Positions 1 through 14,979 of a stretch of 64,000 bases of DNA are shown piece after piece. The notes beneath the pieces were generated by a model. The model was given only the letters and a program-made list of their open reading frames with translations. It was not told the origin of the DNA and made no database searches. Origin of the DNA: the human T2T-CHM13v2.0 reference genome, Homo sapiens; the NCBI RefSeq assembly GCF_009914755.1, contig NC_060931.1; one strand, 5' to 3'. The position numbers were made by a program, and so were the translations under genes. Within the stretch, counting starts at the first letter, position 1; each line of letters starts with the position of its first letter.

Positions 1-540
1 GTTCCCCTCCCTGTGTCCATGTGTTCTCACTGTTCAACTCCCACTCATGAGTGAGAACATGCAGTGTTTGGTTTTCTGTTCTTGTGTTAGTTTGCTGAGA
101 ATGATGGTTTCCAGTTTCATCCATGTCCCTGCAAGGACATGAACTCATCCTTTTTTATGGCTGCATAGTATTCCATGGTGTATATGTGCCACATTTTCTT
201 TATCTAGTCTGTCATTGATGGGCATTTGGGTTGGTTCCAAGTCTTTGCTATTGTGAACAGTGCCGCAATAAACATATGTGTGCACATGTCTTTATAGCAG
301 AATAATTTATAATCCTTTGAGTATATACCTAGTAATGGGATTGCTGGGTCAAATGGTATTTCTAGTTCTAGAGTTCTAGATCCTTGAGGAATCGCCACAC
401 TGTCCTCCACAATGATTGAACTAATTTACACTCCCACCAACAGTATAAAAGCATTCCTATTTCTCCACATCCTCTCCAGCATCTGTTGCTTCCTGACTTT
501 TTAATGATCGCCATTCTATCTGGCATGAGATGGTATCTCT
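1..540 (-). mobile_element. L1PA 3' fragment (end of ORF2 / 3'UTR), continuing out of the window
   Basis: Translates to LELEIPFDPAIPLLGIY...MFIAALFTIAKTWNQPKCPS, the L1 ORF2 C-terminus. Confidence 0.92.
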
Positions 541-1037
541 TTATCTGTGGTTTTGCTGTCTGCAGTAACCTGAGGACCAAAAATATTAAATAAAAAATTC
601 ATAACTTTTGAATTGCACACTGTCCTGAATAGTGTGATGAGATTTTGTACTGTCTCACTTGAGATATGAATCATCTTTTGTCCGGCATATCCACGCTATA
701 TATACTACACACCCAATTATCACTGACGGATCTGTCTCAATTATCAGATTGACAGATCTTTTCAGATCATTTCAGGTCACCAAGAAAGATGAGTACAGTA
801 CAATAAGATATTTTGAGAGAAACCATATTCACATAATTTTTATTACAGTATATTGTTATAATTGTTCTATTTTATTATTAGTTAATGTTAGTCTCTTACT
901 ATGCCTAACTTATAAATTATCACATATATGTAGGCATAGGAAAAAATACAGTATTTATAGGGTTTGGTAGTATCAATGTTTTCAGGCGTCTACTAGGGGG
1001 TCTTGGAATGTATCCCTGGCACATAAAGGGGAACTCT
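541..1037. mobile_element. MER44-like (Tigger7 family) DNA transposon
   Basis: Termini ttatctgtggttttgct ... tcttggaatgtatccc...ataaagggggaact resemble the MER44 ends. Confidence 0.7.
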
Positions 1038-1135
1038 GAAAGAAAACTGAAAAAAATGAAATTAAAGAATGAAAACTGAAAAAAATGAAATATAAAACAA
1101 CAACAAAAAAAGGTATTCAGTGATATTAACGTTTA

Positions 1136-1552
<417 letters not shown>

Positions 1553-1789
1553 AGGAGTGGATAGTCAGTGCTTGCTACTTGAAGCACTGATGCAAGGTGC
1601 TTGTCTGTTTAGGGACTTAGAAAGACGTACTATATTGTCAGCACTCATGCTGCCTTAGCATAGAGCCTAAATACTTTAAAATTCTGCCTAATGAAATCTT
1701 GTTAACAACTTTATGGCTTTTTTGTCCTTTCTTTTAATTTCTAAGCAATTGATTTTCTGCCTTACCGGAACACTTGTTTTTCTCAGGCC

Positions 1790-2120
1790 ATAAAGAAAAT
1801 AGCAAACTACTAATACACAGAGCATGGATGAGTCTTAAAATTTATTATATTCAGTTAAAGAAATCACAAAAATACTCTATAATTCTAGAACAGAAAAAAT
1901 TTATAGTGGTAGAAACAAGATCCGGATCACATGGTTGCTTCTGGTGGAGAGGGAACTGGACTGGCAAGAGACACAATGGAACTTTCTGGAGTGATAGAAA
2001 TATCTCATCTTGTGGTGTAAGTTACACAAATGTATGCATTTATCAAAACTGATCCAACTGTACACTGAAAATCTGAGTATTTTAATTATGTGTATGTAAA
2101 TTATATACAAGTTAAAAAAT
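1790..2120 (+). mobile_element. Old L1M (L1MC/ME-like) 3' fragment
   Basis: Typical 3'UTR words, such as aaactactaatacac, ggaactttctggagtgatagaaat and tatgtaaattata. Confidence 0.6.
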
Positions 2121-3677
2121 TTAAACTATTACAGAATTCCCTCAGTACCATTCAGCGAGATTTCTAATTAGTTAAGTAGAGGAAATTCAACAGTTTCTTC
2201 TTAATCTTTATTCTTCCATCTACTCACTTGTAGTGTAGTGCAAACAGAACCAAGTAATTCAAGTGACTTACTTTCATTTTAAGATCTACAAACCCCTAGA
2301 AATTATCTTCCTGCTCCTAGTACGAATCAGTAACTCATTTTTCCCCATTTTATCTAAAAACTAAGATCCTGTCTTATGAGGTATTTCCACAGAATGGAGA
2401 AGAGTTCATGCTACTTTACACATGGAAACTGAGACTTCAATCTCAAGCTTAGAGGCTGATTTCCAAGACTTTGTTATTAATTTCACTTCATGAGACAAGA
2501 CTACTGATCCCATATTAGTTAAAAAAAAAAAGTTAGAAGCCAACTTTCTTTGCATCTATCAAGTACGTGACCATCTATCTAGCTTTCGCAAAATCTAGCC
2601 ATTTATGTTTTATGGCTGACTCTTTCCTTGTGCTCTTTTTCTTGAGAGGTAATTTTTCTCAGCAATGGCATTGCTCAACAAAAAAGGCTACATCAACAGC
2701 CTGAAAGTAAATTCATCTGAAGATCTGTTTTTCTCCTTGACATCTGAAGAGTGGTTCCCAGATGTATTGCTGGTATCTTTTGGCACTTTTTACAGGAATC
2801 TAAAGCTCCCAATCTTCTAATAGGTTTTGATTTTTGTCACTGCTAATGAGTTAGCTATAAAATTCTCTTCAAATTTCATTGTACTCCCCATATGTCCTGA
2901 TATGTTTTGTCTTTCACATTGACAGCACGCTATCCCACCATGTCCCCTAATGCTATCCTTCTTATAAAATTTGCAGCCTAAAAGCACTTTTTGCCATAAC
3001 TTATCCTCTTTTCAGCTCTATCAAGAAAACACAATTCAATTTTATTGCTTTATGCTTTGAGCATTAAAAAAGAAGCAGCTGAATAGTTTTTCAGGTTATT
3101 TCTCACATCTATTAATTAAATGCATATTGCTTTATTTTCTTCAACCACTCTATAAATTCTCTAATTATTTTAGAGAGTTGATCATATACCAAGCTAAATC
3201 TTGTGCTCTTTCAAATTCATCTGCTCATTTAGGATTTTCAGTTTTGAAACTGCCTTATAGTGTCATTGCCTTATAGTTTCTAGCATAAGATGCTAACCTT
3301 GTGTCATTTTAATTCAAATTGAATCTGTTTTTCCCAATACATCTTATGTACCTAAAGGATATCTTCTAGTTCTTGAGGAGAAAGAATAGTCTAGAACCTA
3401 TGACACTGGCTTGACTGACTTCTGTGTGTTTACAACATTTTAGGTGATTAGGAGGGTAAAGACTTCACTACCTACAAAATCTCATAGAGGCAGTCGGAGA
3501 AAAAGAAAGTGAAGAGCACCAAGCAAAAGTTTTATCTCATGCCACTTCTAAAGGTATACATCAAAATTACAACTCATGGAAGTTTACTTCAGCAAGGAGT
3601 ACTAAAGCACATGTCCTAATTCCAAGGTATAACCAGATCCAAAAGTTACATTTTACTAAGGATTATACCATATATGA

Positions 3678-4353
<676 letters not shown>

Positions 4354-4396
4354 TTAATTATCCACTCAATACATCTTGGCCCTTCTCACACTAGAT

Positions 4397-4610
4397 CAGG
4401 GTTTCTCAACCATGGCACTACTGACATTTGGGGATTTGTAATTCTTTGTTTTGAGGGATTGTTCTATGCATTTTGGGATGTTCAGCAGCATCCCTGGCTT
4501 CTATCCACTAGGTACCAGTAGTATTTCTCAGGTATAACAATCAAAAATGTCTCTAGACATTGCCAAATATCCCCTGAAAGGCCAAATAGACCTTGCTTGA
4601 GAACCACTAC
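4397..4610. mobile_element. MER20 (hAT-Charlie)
   Basis: Terminal inverted repeats cagggtttctcaac ... ttgagaaccact with a MER20-like interior. Confidence 0.75.
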
Positions 4611-5493
4611 AACTAGACTAAAATATTATTTTTTTAAATCTCAACAAAGATTTGGGAACTATCTAAAGCTGTAAAGTAGCTTCCAAGGTTGCTGTCCAGG
4701 TATCATAGAAACTGAACCAATTTAGAAAAAAACTTCCAGAGTGTAGCATAATTATTTCTGTATATCAGGTACTAGATCATCATTATCTGAACTAATGAAT
4801 TATGAATAATAATTCTATTTGTGCTAGACATTTTTGTTAGATGGGCTACTTCCTACTCATTTTAAAGATTAAATGAAACACAAAGAGAGATTTAATAGGA
4901 AGATGAAATAGAAGATAGAGTCAGAAAGGAGGCCAATGTGATAGAAATTTTAAGCAATCTGATTCATTTTTATTACTGACATTTCAAAAGATGCAAGATA
5001 CATTTACTGCTTGTCTTCTATGCATCTAGGCACTATTACATACATGTTATTACCTAGTTAATTCGTGAAGTCTTAAGAAAATGGAAACAATTAGGAAAAT
5101 AGAAAATGGATATATTTTCTTAGTATTTTTGTAAAATTGTTTAGTTGTTAAATGTTATACAGAGAGAACATTAAAAGGCTTTACTCTTACAGGTCAATCG
5201 TCATATTCTTTAGAGTAGTATGATTCACAAGAAAAGATACTATAGTTTATTGTCCTCCTTTCCCTCTCATTCTAAATTCTTATGACGTTTCTCTCAAAAT
5301 GTAGAGTTGAAAGACTACTTTCATGATATCCCCTTCCTCTGATAATCTTATAGAATTGGAACAATGACCTTATGAACTATTTTCATTCATCAACTATTTG
5401 GCCAAGTAAACATTGTTCATGATTTTTAAAAGGCTGATACCAAAGAAAAATTCTAATTTGACTTGAATTTTGAACAGATATAAAGGCTCTTAC

Positions 5494-5605
5494 CTACAAG
5501 CAACATTTGGATCAGCATTTCTTGAAAGTAGTAGTTCTACACACTTCAAGATCTGTTCCTCTGAGCCATGAGCAGAACATGCAGTTATCAAAATACTTTG
5601 CTTAT
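5494..5605 (-). CDS. ASZ1: ASZ1 coding exon 4 (ankyrin repeat); the gene continues beyond the window start
   Basis: Acceptor cactatag|AT. 112 nt encode (D)[36 protein letters not shown](R). Donor AG|GTAAGA. Confidence 0.96.
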
Positions 5606-6552
5606 CTATAGTGAATAGAAAAGTGAGGAAAAATCCCCATACATCAAGAGCATCTATTCGATGTCTTTACCACTCAAAACATTCTATTATTGCACTCTAA
5701 AACTCTATAACCTCTTCCCAAATCTCTCACTCTTAGCAGGTAACTTTGTCTTCCTTCATCGAAAGATGAGATTAGACATGAATCCCTTCAGTCTCCAAAG
5801 TTTATCTATAATTCATTTAACTTCCTTCCCCTCTTACTCCCATTACTTCAAGAGAACAGAAAGTGGTTAAGGACATGGACACAGCCACATTGTCTGGATT
5901 TGAACAGTTTTTGGTTGATTAAAATTTGCCTTGCTAAACTCATGTTTGGGAAACAATGATCTATATTCTCTGATTTCACTTCTTATCCATTTGAAAACTC
6001 CTGAAATCTGGCTTATAAACTACCCTACTGAAATTGCTATGACTGCCACATCCATTGGTTTGGTTTCTTTTCAGTCCTTTTGTACTTCATCTTTCTGAAC
6101 TCACTGTTTCCTAAAACTCTTCTTCCCTTGGCTCTCATGGTGCCAGCAAAGATCAGAGTAAATTAAACACAAAAAACACCTATTTTGAATTAAGACTTCA
6201 AAATAGGTCACAACAGCTATGATTCACATTAGTGGCTCAATACTGACAGAGCATATTCTAGTCCCAGTCCTGCCACTAAGAAACTGTAACTCTTGTGATA
6301 TCTTAATAGCTCATTAGATTTAACATACAGATAAGAACCTAGTATCTGCCCTTTGTATGTAACAGGGTTATTGTGGGACACATAAAAAACTCATGTGTAC
6401 ATTCTGTGAAAAATATATTTTATAGCTCTAACTATCCCTCTGATTACAAGGAGGGGGAAGTATAAAAAGAATAATTATTAATTAATTTTTTGAGCAGAAT
6501 ATTTTATACACTTTTGAAAACCTCATTCCTAAGCATAGCTTTCATTGAGTAA

Positions 6553-6867
<315 letters not shown>

Positions 6868-7567
6868 TGATATAATAAAAAGAAAAACCTAATAGAAAAT
6901 ATTAAACATGAAACTGTTGCTAAGACAGAAATTTATGTAAAATATATAAATGAGAAAAAAGAATAAAATTGTAGGTATAAAATGTAAAAATCAATTCTAA
7001 AATGAAACCTATACCTGAAATTATGAAGAAAATTTAATTGTCTATTGAAAATATGTTAAAAATAAGTAATCAGGAATTCAATGTAATAATTAAACTGGAT
7101 TTGCTCATATACTCTTGTTCTTCTTACACTCAAAGCACTTCTGAATGGAAATTATTTAGTAACAAGGACAAAGATGGATTTCATGAACTATCTTTGAAAC
7201 AACTTTAAGTGATGTAATTTGGAGTTTAGTTTAAAATTCCACAGACTGATTTTCCAGTAATTTGCCACTAAATTATAAACTTTTTAATGTTTCTTTCAAG
7301 AATTTTTCCTTTAAAAACAACCAAAACCTTAAAGATATATAATAACAACCAGTTATAAAGATACTATAACTGGAATTTATGTTTTTGGAAAGAGAGTTTT
7401 TCAGAATATGTATGGTTTCTAATTTGATTTTGTATATTATTTACATAGTATAATGAATAGAAAGGTTACTTCAAATGGCTTTAGTTTTTTGCAGTTTATA
7501 TAATAGCTACTTGGAAACCAAGGAATCACAGTAAGCATAATCATTTAAGTTATCTAAAACATCTTAC

Positions 7568-7690
7568 CCTTCTCAAAGCTTGCATTAGCACCTCTGTCCA
7601 AAAGGACCCGAACCAGCTCTGCATTGGCAACACTAGCAGCATACATAAGGGGAGTCCATCCATACTGAAAGTTGGAATCTACACTAATGC
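7568..7690 (-). CDS. ASZ1: ASZ1 coding exon 3 (ankyrin repeat)
   Basis: Acceptor ttgacag|GC. 123 nt encode (G)[40 protein letters not shown], with the ankyrin GxTPLxxA motif. Donor G|GTAAGA. Confidence 0.96.
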
Positions 7691-8894
7691 CTGTCAATAT
7701 AAAAACAAGCTTTTAAAAGCACACTACCACCAAAGAAAAAAATCAGTCACCTTATATGCTTAAAGTACTGTGTAAAGTGACGTACATCATGTACTTTATT
7801 CCACCATGGGAAGTTTTTAATGGCTTCCAAAAAATACAAAATAGTTATATTGGGACATTAACACAATTTGCTAACTTCAGTTTCACTACAGGCACTATGT
7901 TCCGAGACTGATATGACTGATGTTTTATCATATATGTAACTGAGTATGTATATTATAACAGGTTTTTACATGCTACCTTTTTTTTCTCTAGGGGAGCTGG
8001 AAAGGTTTCACAGAGGTAAAATGTCTTTTAAATTAGAATATTATCCCTGGGCAATATCAGTTATCTCTATGGTTGAAAATACCACATATATCCCTCAAAA
8101 ACCTTTAACTTTATTCCTAACACTAAACTTACCCATGGGTGACTGATAAAACATGAAGCTAAAAAGACAGGTTAAGGTTAGATTATGAAAACTCCCTTAA
8201 GAAACGCAGACTCTGTTTTGTGATCCAGGAACTGACATCATTACATATGTATTATAAAGACAACATAGACACCACTATTGAGAATGGGACAGGAGGCAAG
8301 GAAACTAGTTATAACACAGGAAGTTTATACGACAATCAGAGCAAGGGCAGTGGAGAGAGAAAGGAAGGAAAACAAAAGGACATTTCAAAGGCAGGGTCAT
8401 CAGAATTTAAAATTACTTTGAGGAGGAGGTATGATGGACAACAACAAATTAAAAATGACTATCAAATTCTGTCTTGGACAATCGAATGACAAGCAGTGAG
8501 CTAAAATAAAGGGAGATATCAGGTATTGAAAGTAAGTTTTTTTTGTTTGTTTGTATTTTGTTGTTTTTTTTTAGGATCTCACTCTGTCACTTTTTTGGCT
8601 GTATAAACACCGGGTCACTGAAAGACTACATATGTCTAATTTCTAACTGTCTAATTTTAATTGATATAAGGTACATAATAATCACTGGGAGAAAACATTA
8701 AACCATCTTAGTATAGACATCTACTGCTAGCCCTACTTGTCTTCTCTAACAAATCTTCCTCTTTGAACTGCTTTGATTGAAAGCTTATCAATGAGATCAG
8801 AGAAAAGATCATTGTTTTCTCAATTTATTGAGAATACTGCTCAAACTGTGATAGCAAAGATAGAAAGGAAAAGATGCAAAGAAAAAGAAGCAAA

Positions 8895-9207
8895 GGCCAG
8901 GCACGGTGGCTCATGCCTGTAATCCCAGCACTTTGGGATGCCGAAGTGGGTGGATCACGAGGTCAGGTGATTGAGACCATCTTGGCTAGCACAGTGAAAC
9001 CCTGTTTCTACTAAAAATACAAAAAAAAAAAAAAAAAAAAAAAATTAGCCAGGCGTGGTGGTGGGTGCCTGTAGTCTCAGCTACTTGGGAGGCCAAGGCA
9101 GGAGAATTGCGTGAACACACGAGGCAGAGCTTGCAGTGAGCCAAGATCATGCCACTGCACTCCAGCCTGGGCGACAGAGTGAGACTCCATCTCAAAAAAA
9201 AAAAAAA
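8895..9207 (+). mobile_element. AluSc/Y-like with an expanded middle A-run
   Basis: Dimeric Alu; long A-run in the linker at about 9021-9044. Confidence 0.92.
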
Positions 9208-10564
9208 GCAAATGTGGCATTTTAGTATAAAAATTCTTACTAAAATTCTAACTTAATATTTAACCTCTAATATTTAACATAAATTACTAAGCACATATTA
9301 TGTTCCAGGCATAGTGCAAAAAAAGGTAAGTTTCAAAAGGATGAACACAGTATATTTATAGAGCTCAAAAACATTCAAAATAATACTATATTGTTTAGGG
9401 ACATAGTAAAAGTATAAAGATACTCATAAGAATGATAAACATCAACTATAGAAAAGTAGTTATCTCCAGAGGGGGTACCGTACTTTTCTGAATGTCTAAA
9501 ATATGTCATACTTTAAAGAAAATTGAAAATGATAGTACACAGAATAACAAAAACTGGAGACATCTTCAAATGGTTAAAAGTGGCTGACTCAAAATGTGCT
9601 TTTATTTTTAGAGTTTCCAATTGGTGCAGAAGCATGTTTCAAGAACAATAATGACTTTGAAAGGCAAAAAATTAACAATATTTTTAAAAAGAGTTACATA
9701 ATGACATCTGGAAGGAAATACCCTAAAACAGGAGTTAACCTGTGAAAGTGAGGCATCAGCAGTAAGGGGAATGACAGTGAGGACAATGGTAAAGAAATCT
9801 TTCTCCTTCTACCTATATCTCTATTACTGCCTTTTAAAAATGAACTTTAAAAATTTTTGTAACTAAAAACAAATTTCAAATGGTTGACTAAATACTTAGC
9901 AGCAGGCTCTGTTCAAGAGACTGAAAAGCTCACATCTGCCCATCAATCATATCAAGTCTTAATCCTTCAAAAGCCTCTATCACATTCACTGTACCTAGTC
10001 CCACTACTCCTAAGGCAAATTTTCTTTTCTAAAACAAATCTCTGCCTATTCCACCCCATGCTATGTACACTATACATATATTAATATTAGGTATTCGGGC
10101 CTCTTTCTACTTATTCAGAGTTTATTCAATTTCGTTTTTCAATTCCAAACTCAAGTTCCATTGTCCAAAAAGTCATACAGATCCTTCTCATTTCTTATAA
10201 GAATAACAGGTAATGTTTACATAATTCCTATGTGTTCTAAGTCCTTTAAAAGCGTATTTTAATTCTCCCCCTTGCCAACAACCCTTTGATATAATAATCC
10301 TCATTTTAAAACGGGCAGAAATTGAAGCTTAGGAAGATTTGGTAACTTAGTCAAGGTTACAAAGCCATCAAGTGGCATGGTTAGTAATCAAACCCAGATC
10401 TGTCTTGTTTTCAAAATTATTTACTTTTCAGTAAACTATGCATTGATTCTAGCATAGAAGAAAAACATTATGCTATATATAATCACATCTAACTACCTTG
10501 TGTGTGAATGTTTTGTATCTACAATGGCAAAAACCACAATTATTTTTGCATCAAACTGAAGTAA

Positions 10565-10901
<337 letters not shown>

Positions 10902-11041
10902 AGTAATTTCAATCATTATAATCAATAATTTACATTTCTATGTGAAGGTAATTTAAAGTTTTTTTTTTATTTAATACACAAAAAATTCATGAAGCCCAGG
11001 ACAGAATTATGATGCTTTACATAAAGAAACTGATGCTCTCT

Positions 11042-11345
11042 GGCTGGGGGCGGTGGCTCTTGCTTGTAATCTCAGCACTTTGGGAGGCCGAGGTGGGTGA
11101 TTACTTGAGGTCAGTAGTTCAAGACCAGCCTGGCCGACATGGTGAAACCCCCGTGTCTACTAAAATTACCAAAATTAGCTGGGCTTGGTGACCGGTGCTT
11201 TTAGTCCCGGCTACTCCGGAGGCTGAGGTGGGAGAATCACTTGAATCCCGGCCCCCAGATGGAGGTTGCAGTGAGTGAAGATGGTGCCACTGCACTCCAG
11301 CAGGGCTAGAGAGAGACACTCCATCCCCTTCCTTCAACCCCCCAA
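11042..11345 (+). mobile_element. Diverged AluS with a C-rich tail
   Basis: Dimeric Alu; TSD gaaa(t)ctgatgctctc. Confidence 0.88.
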
Positions 11346-11533
11346 AAATGAAATCTGATGCTCTCAAAGTTTTAATGCCTCTTCCAAGAAACCAGAGTGG
11401 GCAATAAACTGGAAGAAATTATCCATATATTTATTCTGATTCCTAGCTCAGGCCTCATTCCACCAGTACAAAACAAAAAACTGTAACGAGAAAGAACTAA
11501 AATGTAGAACCATTTCTTAAGAAACATACAACA

Positions 11534-11868
11534 GGCAGGGCACGGTGGCTCATGCCTGTAATCCCAGCACTTTGGGAGGCCGAGACAGGCGGATCACAAG
11601 GTCAGAGGATCGAGACTATCCTGGCTAACACGGTGAAACCCTCTCTCTATTAAAAATACAAAAAAAAAAAAAAAATTAGCCGGGCGTGGTGTCACGCGCT
11701 TGTAGTCCCAGCTACTCAGGAGGGTGAGGCAGGAGAATCGCTTGAACCCGAAGGTGGAGATTGCAGTGAGCCAAGATCGCGCCACTGCACTCCAGCCTGG
11801 GCCACAGAGCAAGATAACATTTCAAAAAAAAAAAAAAAAAAAAAAGAAAAAGAAAAGAAAAAAGAAAC
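11534..11868 (+). mobile_element. AluSc/Y-like with a long A/AAAAG tail
   Basis: Dimeric Alu. Confidence 0.92.
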
Positions 11869-12170
11869 AACATTACAGCAGAGTAAATGAAGAGAGAATT
11901 AAGAATGATCAGAGTGGGATAGGATTAGAGTAGGCCTCTTGCTTGAAGGAGGGGGAAGAACTGATGGAAGATAAACAGGGTGGCATTCCAAATGCAAGGA
12001 GAGAGGAAGAAAATAAGGCAGACTGGACTCAGTCAACGAAGATTATGCAGGATGATACATTAACATTTGTTGCGTTTCCATTAGAAAAGCAACATAAACC
12101 TTTTAAAAATAAAGAATCCTTGCGAACTTAAGACAGCTGTGTTCAGATGAAACTGTCCCTTATCTCTCAC

Positions 12171-12270
12171 CAGAATCTAGGAGCTCCTGGACCAATGAAA
12201 CATCTCCGATGGTCATTGCTTTCTTAAATTTTTCTTTCTTTTCTTCAATGGGTAATAGCCTTTTCAATTT
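12171..12270 (-). CDS. ASZ1: ASZ1 coding exon 2
   Basis: Acceptor ttttctag|AAA. 100 nt encode [33 protein letters not shown] plus G. Donor G|GTGAGA; phase matches exons 1 and 3. Confidence 0.96.
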
Positions 12271-12599
12271 CTAGAAAAGTAAACATTTTAAAAAATTCTT
12301 GTTATATATATTTTTGTTTCTACCTCATCAGGAAACAATAATGTTTGGTTAAGTACACAGGTTTTTTTTCTTGGCTTTATTTTGACTAAGATACAAAGTT
12401 TGAAAAGAATTCGTGTCGAAAATTATCTTTCAAGGGAATAGGTAATGATGGATCCAAACCCAACTGAGGAGTTACGATGACCTAAAGAAGCGTATTTGGT
12501 GGTAACCACAGTTGGGGAGGGAACACGAGGAAATTTGTGCGGGTTTGCTTAAGTACAAACTCCCGTATTTCCACTGGGTAAAAGGGAAATACACGTGAG

Positions 12600-13060
12600 G
12601 GAGTAGGAGGTTTCACGAGGCTGGGCCTCGCCTTCGAGGGCCAGGGGAGGCTGAAACCAGGTGTGGTCAAGACAAGGCCTCCTCCGCTACCTGAGACGTC
12701 CGGTCGAGATACCCAATCTCCCAGCCATCATCCTCGCTCTCGCTACTCTCGCCTCCGCCAGCCACTGGCAGGCCTCGCAGCGCGCTCGCCGCCATGCCAG
12801 CCAAGGAAGCTCCCTGTCGGCACCGCGCGCCCTTCAGCTCTCCGGGCGCATGCGCACCGGGGTGGGGCGTACGTAGAGATGCGCGGGAAGGAGCGCCGTG
12901 GAAGCGCTCCAGTCTGGAGCCCTCCAGCGCAGGCGCACAGCGGCGCGCTGCTCTCCTCCCTGCCCCGTCCCTCCCTAACCTTGAGGCTTCTTGAGGTGAA
13001 AACCTGGCGTGTCTGACACTGGTGACGAAGTTCGTGCGCCAGGCTTCTGCTGGCACTTCC
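12600..13060. promoter_or_regulatory. ASZ1: CpG island / ASZ1 promoter
   Basis: The only non-repeat CpG-dense, GC-rich segment in the window; spans exon 1. Contains the NRF1 palindrome GCGCATGCGC (12846-12855), an NRF1-like GCGCAGGCGCA (12927-12937), a GC/KLF box GGGGTGGGGCG (12859-12869) and an E2F-type GCGCGGGAA (12881-12889). Confidence 0.9.
12691..12795 (-). CDS. ASZ1: ASZ1 (GASZ; ankyrin/SAM/bZIP germline piRNA-pathway protein) coding exon 1
   Basis: ATG at 12795. 105 nt encode [35 protein letters not shown], which I recognise as the ASZ1 N-terminus. Donor CAG|GTAGCG; lies in a CpG island. Confidence 0.97.
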
Positions 13061-14388
13061 AGTTCCTCTCAGGGACTTACCTTTCGACCTCTTTAAAGTA
13101 TTTGCTTGATGAAATGATGAAATTCTTGCTCTGCAAGGAATGCCTTACTTGTGGCAGGAGCACACTAGGATTTAACGGCAAGTAAGACTAGACTTTCCCC
13201 GCCATCCTTTTCATCTGCCCCCTGCCAAACGTCTGTTAAATCTGTATCCCCTGGGAGACGGACTCTTCGTAGTAACACCTCTCTCAGGAGCACCACTCAG
13301 ACATTCAAGAAGCCCTTACGCAAGTAGGAGCCGACGAAGGAGCCAGGAGAAAATACTGCCCCAAAGAATTCTTCCTTTACATTTCATGTGATCTTAGATC
13401 TCACCTTAGATTTAGAAGCTTCAGACCATCAAAACACTTCCCCGCTATGAAGTGTAGATGTCCTAGAGGAAAATATGAAAGGAGGGGGTTTCCGGGTACA
13501 GTGGATCCAAAGAGCCAGAAAGAAAGAAATGACTTAAACGTCCAGAGAGCAAATAATACAAACAACTCCAGGTGGAAGTGGCCCAAGCTCGAACTCACCT
13601 TTCTACATGGTTCTAGATGGTAGAACTTCTAGATGTTGGTAACACAGTGATTTTCTTTGCCACCACAGAAAAGTAGATCCACCAAGAAACAGGGCATATT
13701 ATATGTATCTCAAGATAATAGCCATGCACTATTATTTGAAAGCTTTTGCGGTTTTTTTCTTGCAGATTCTCTGATAAAAGATTTTGAAATTATTTACTTT
13801 AGAGGCTCAGAGGTAAGTATTTTTAAGTAGTTTAGCTATTTGCGTGCCACATCTGTCTTTCTAAATGCATTCATTCAATAAATGCTAGGGATTACTTAGC
13901 ACAGCCAAGTGCTACTAGGTTTGGGGAGACAACGTCAAAGATAAACCATGGAGCCTTATGGAGCTCACTTTAATAAGTAGAGATAGACAATATGCAAGGA
14001 AACAAAAACACTATTGCAGATTGTAAGTGCTTCAAAAGAAACAAGTGTGCTCTGTTTCTGGAATCAAACCACTTTTGTGTTTCCTGGGGGAATCACTAGC
14101 TGTAGCTGTGTGCCCTTAGGCAATTTACTTAGCATCTATCTGGGTACCAGCTAACTTATCTGTAGAATGGAGGTGATGATAGTACCCACCAAATAGAATT
14201 GTTATGAGGACTAAATGAAGTAATAGGCTTAGAATAAGGTCTTTCTCAATGTAAGAGGTAGATTTTAGATAGGATAGTCAGAACTGTGCAGAGTCGTAAA
14301 TAACAAGCCATATAAGAGTGGGAGAATAGAGCTTTCCTGGCAGTGGACAGGAATAGTGCCAAGGTCCTAAGGCAAGAAAAAAGCAACT

Positions 14389-14537
14389 CAGGACCAGGAT
14401 GGGGCAAGTGAGGCTGGGGCAAGTGAGTCCCCTAAGAAGCAAAGTTTAAGGAAGTACTGTCAGGGTCCTGCAAATTCAGTGAGTGCCTTTTTAAATTTTG
14501 CTCCTGGGTCACCTCACTTACCTTAGTTCTTGTCCTG
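14389..14537. mobile_element. MER96-like MITE
   Basis: Imperfect palindrome caggacc...gtgagg ... cctcac...gtcctg. Confidence 0.6.
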
Positions 14538-14979
14538 CTTGGACCAGAAAGAAGGCCTGAGGCTACAGCTTCGTAAGGATAGGCGTGTGTGATGAGAGGT
14601 CCTTGTGGGCCTTAAGTAGGAATCTGGATTTTACTGAAAGCAATTGAACAGTGAAATGTTTTTAAGCTAATGAAAGACATGTTCTGATGTGTGTATGTAT
14701 TTAAAGACACTCTAGGTCTATTGTAGAGAAGGTTTTTGGTTTGAGCAACTGGCTAAGTAGTCATTGCATTTACTGAGATGGGGGAAGACCAGTGGATAAA
14801 CGTGAAGATTTAATAGGCATCCCCAAATTAACATATTCAAAACCAAGCAGCCAAGTGTAGCTGTTAAGTGGTTAGTTGGATATTCATGTGTGGACCTTGA
14901 GGAAGCCTGGTCTTGGAAATATAAATGTGGGAGTTATCCACATACAATTGGTTTTTAAAAACCTTAGGATTTACCAAGT

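Noticed and set aside
12794-12994. Plus-strand ORF with a perfect Kozak (GCCGCCATG) overlapping the ASZ1 start
   Set aside because: It is the reverse complement of ATG GCG GCG (Met-Ala-Ala); open frames are common in CpG islands, and the peptide resembles nothing I know.
12796-13056. In-frame N-terminal extension of ASZ1 in the ORF track
   Set aside because: It has no in-frame ATG (the track used GTG) and runs through the promoter.
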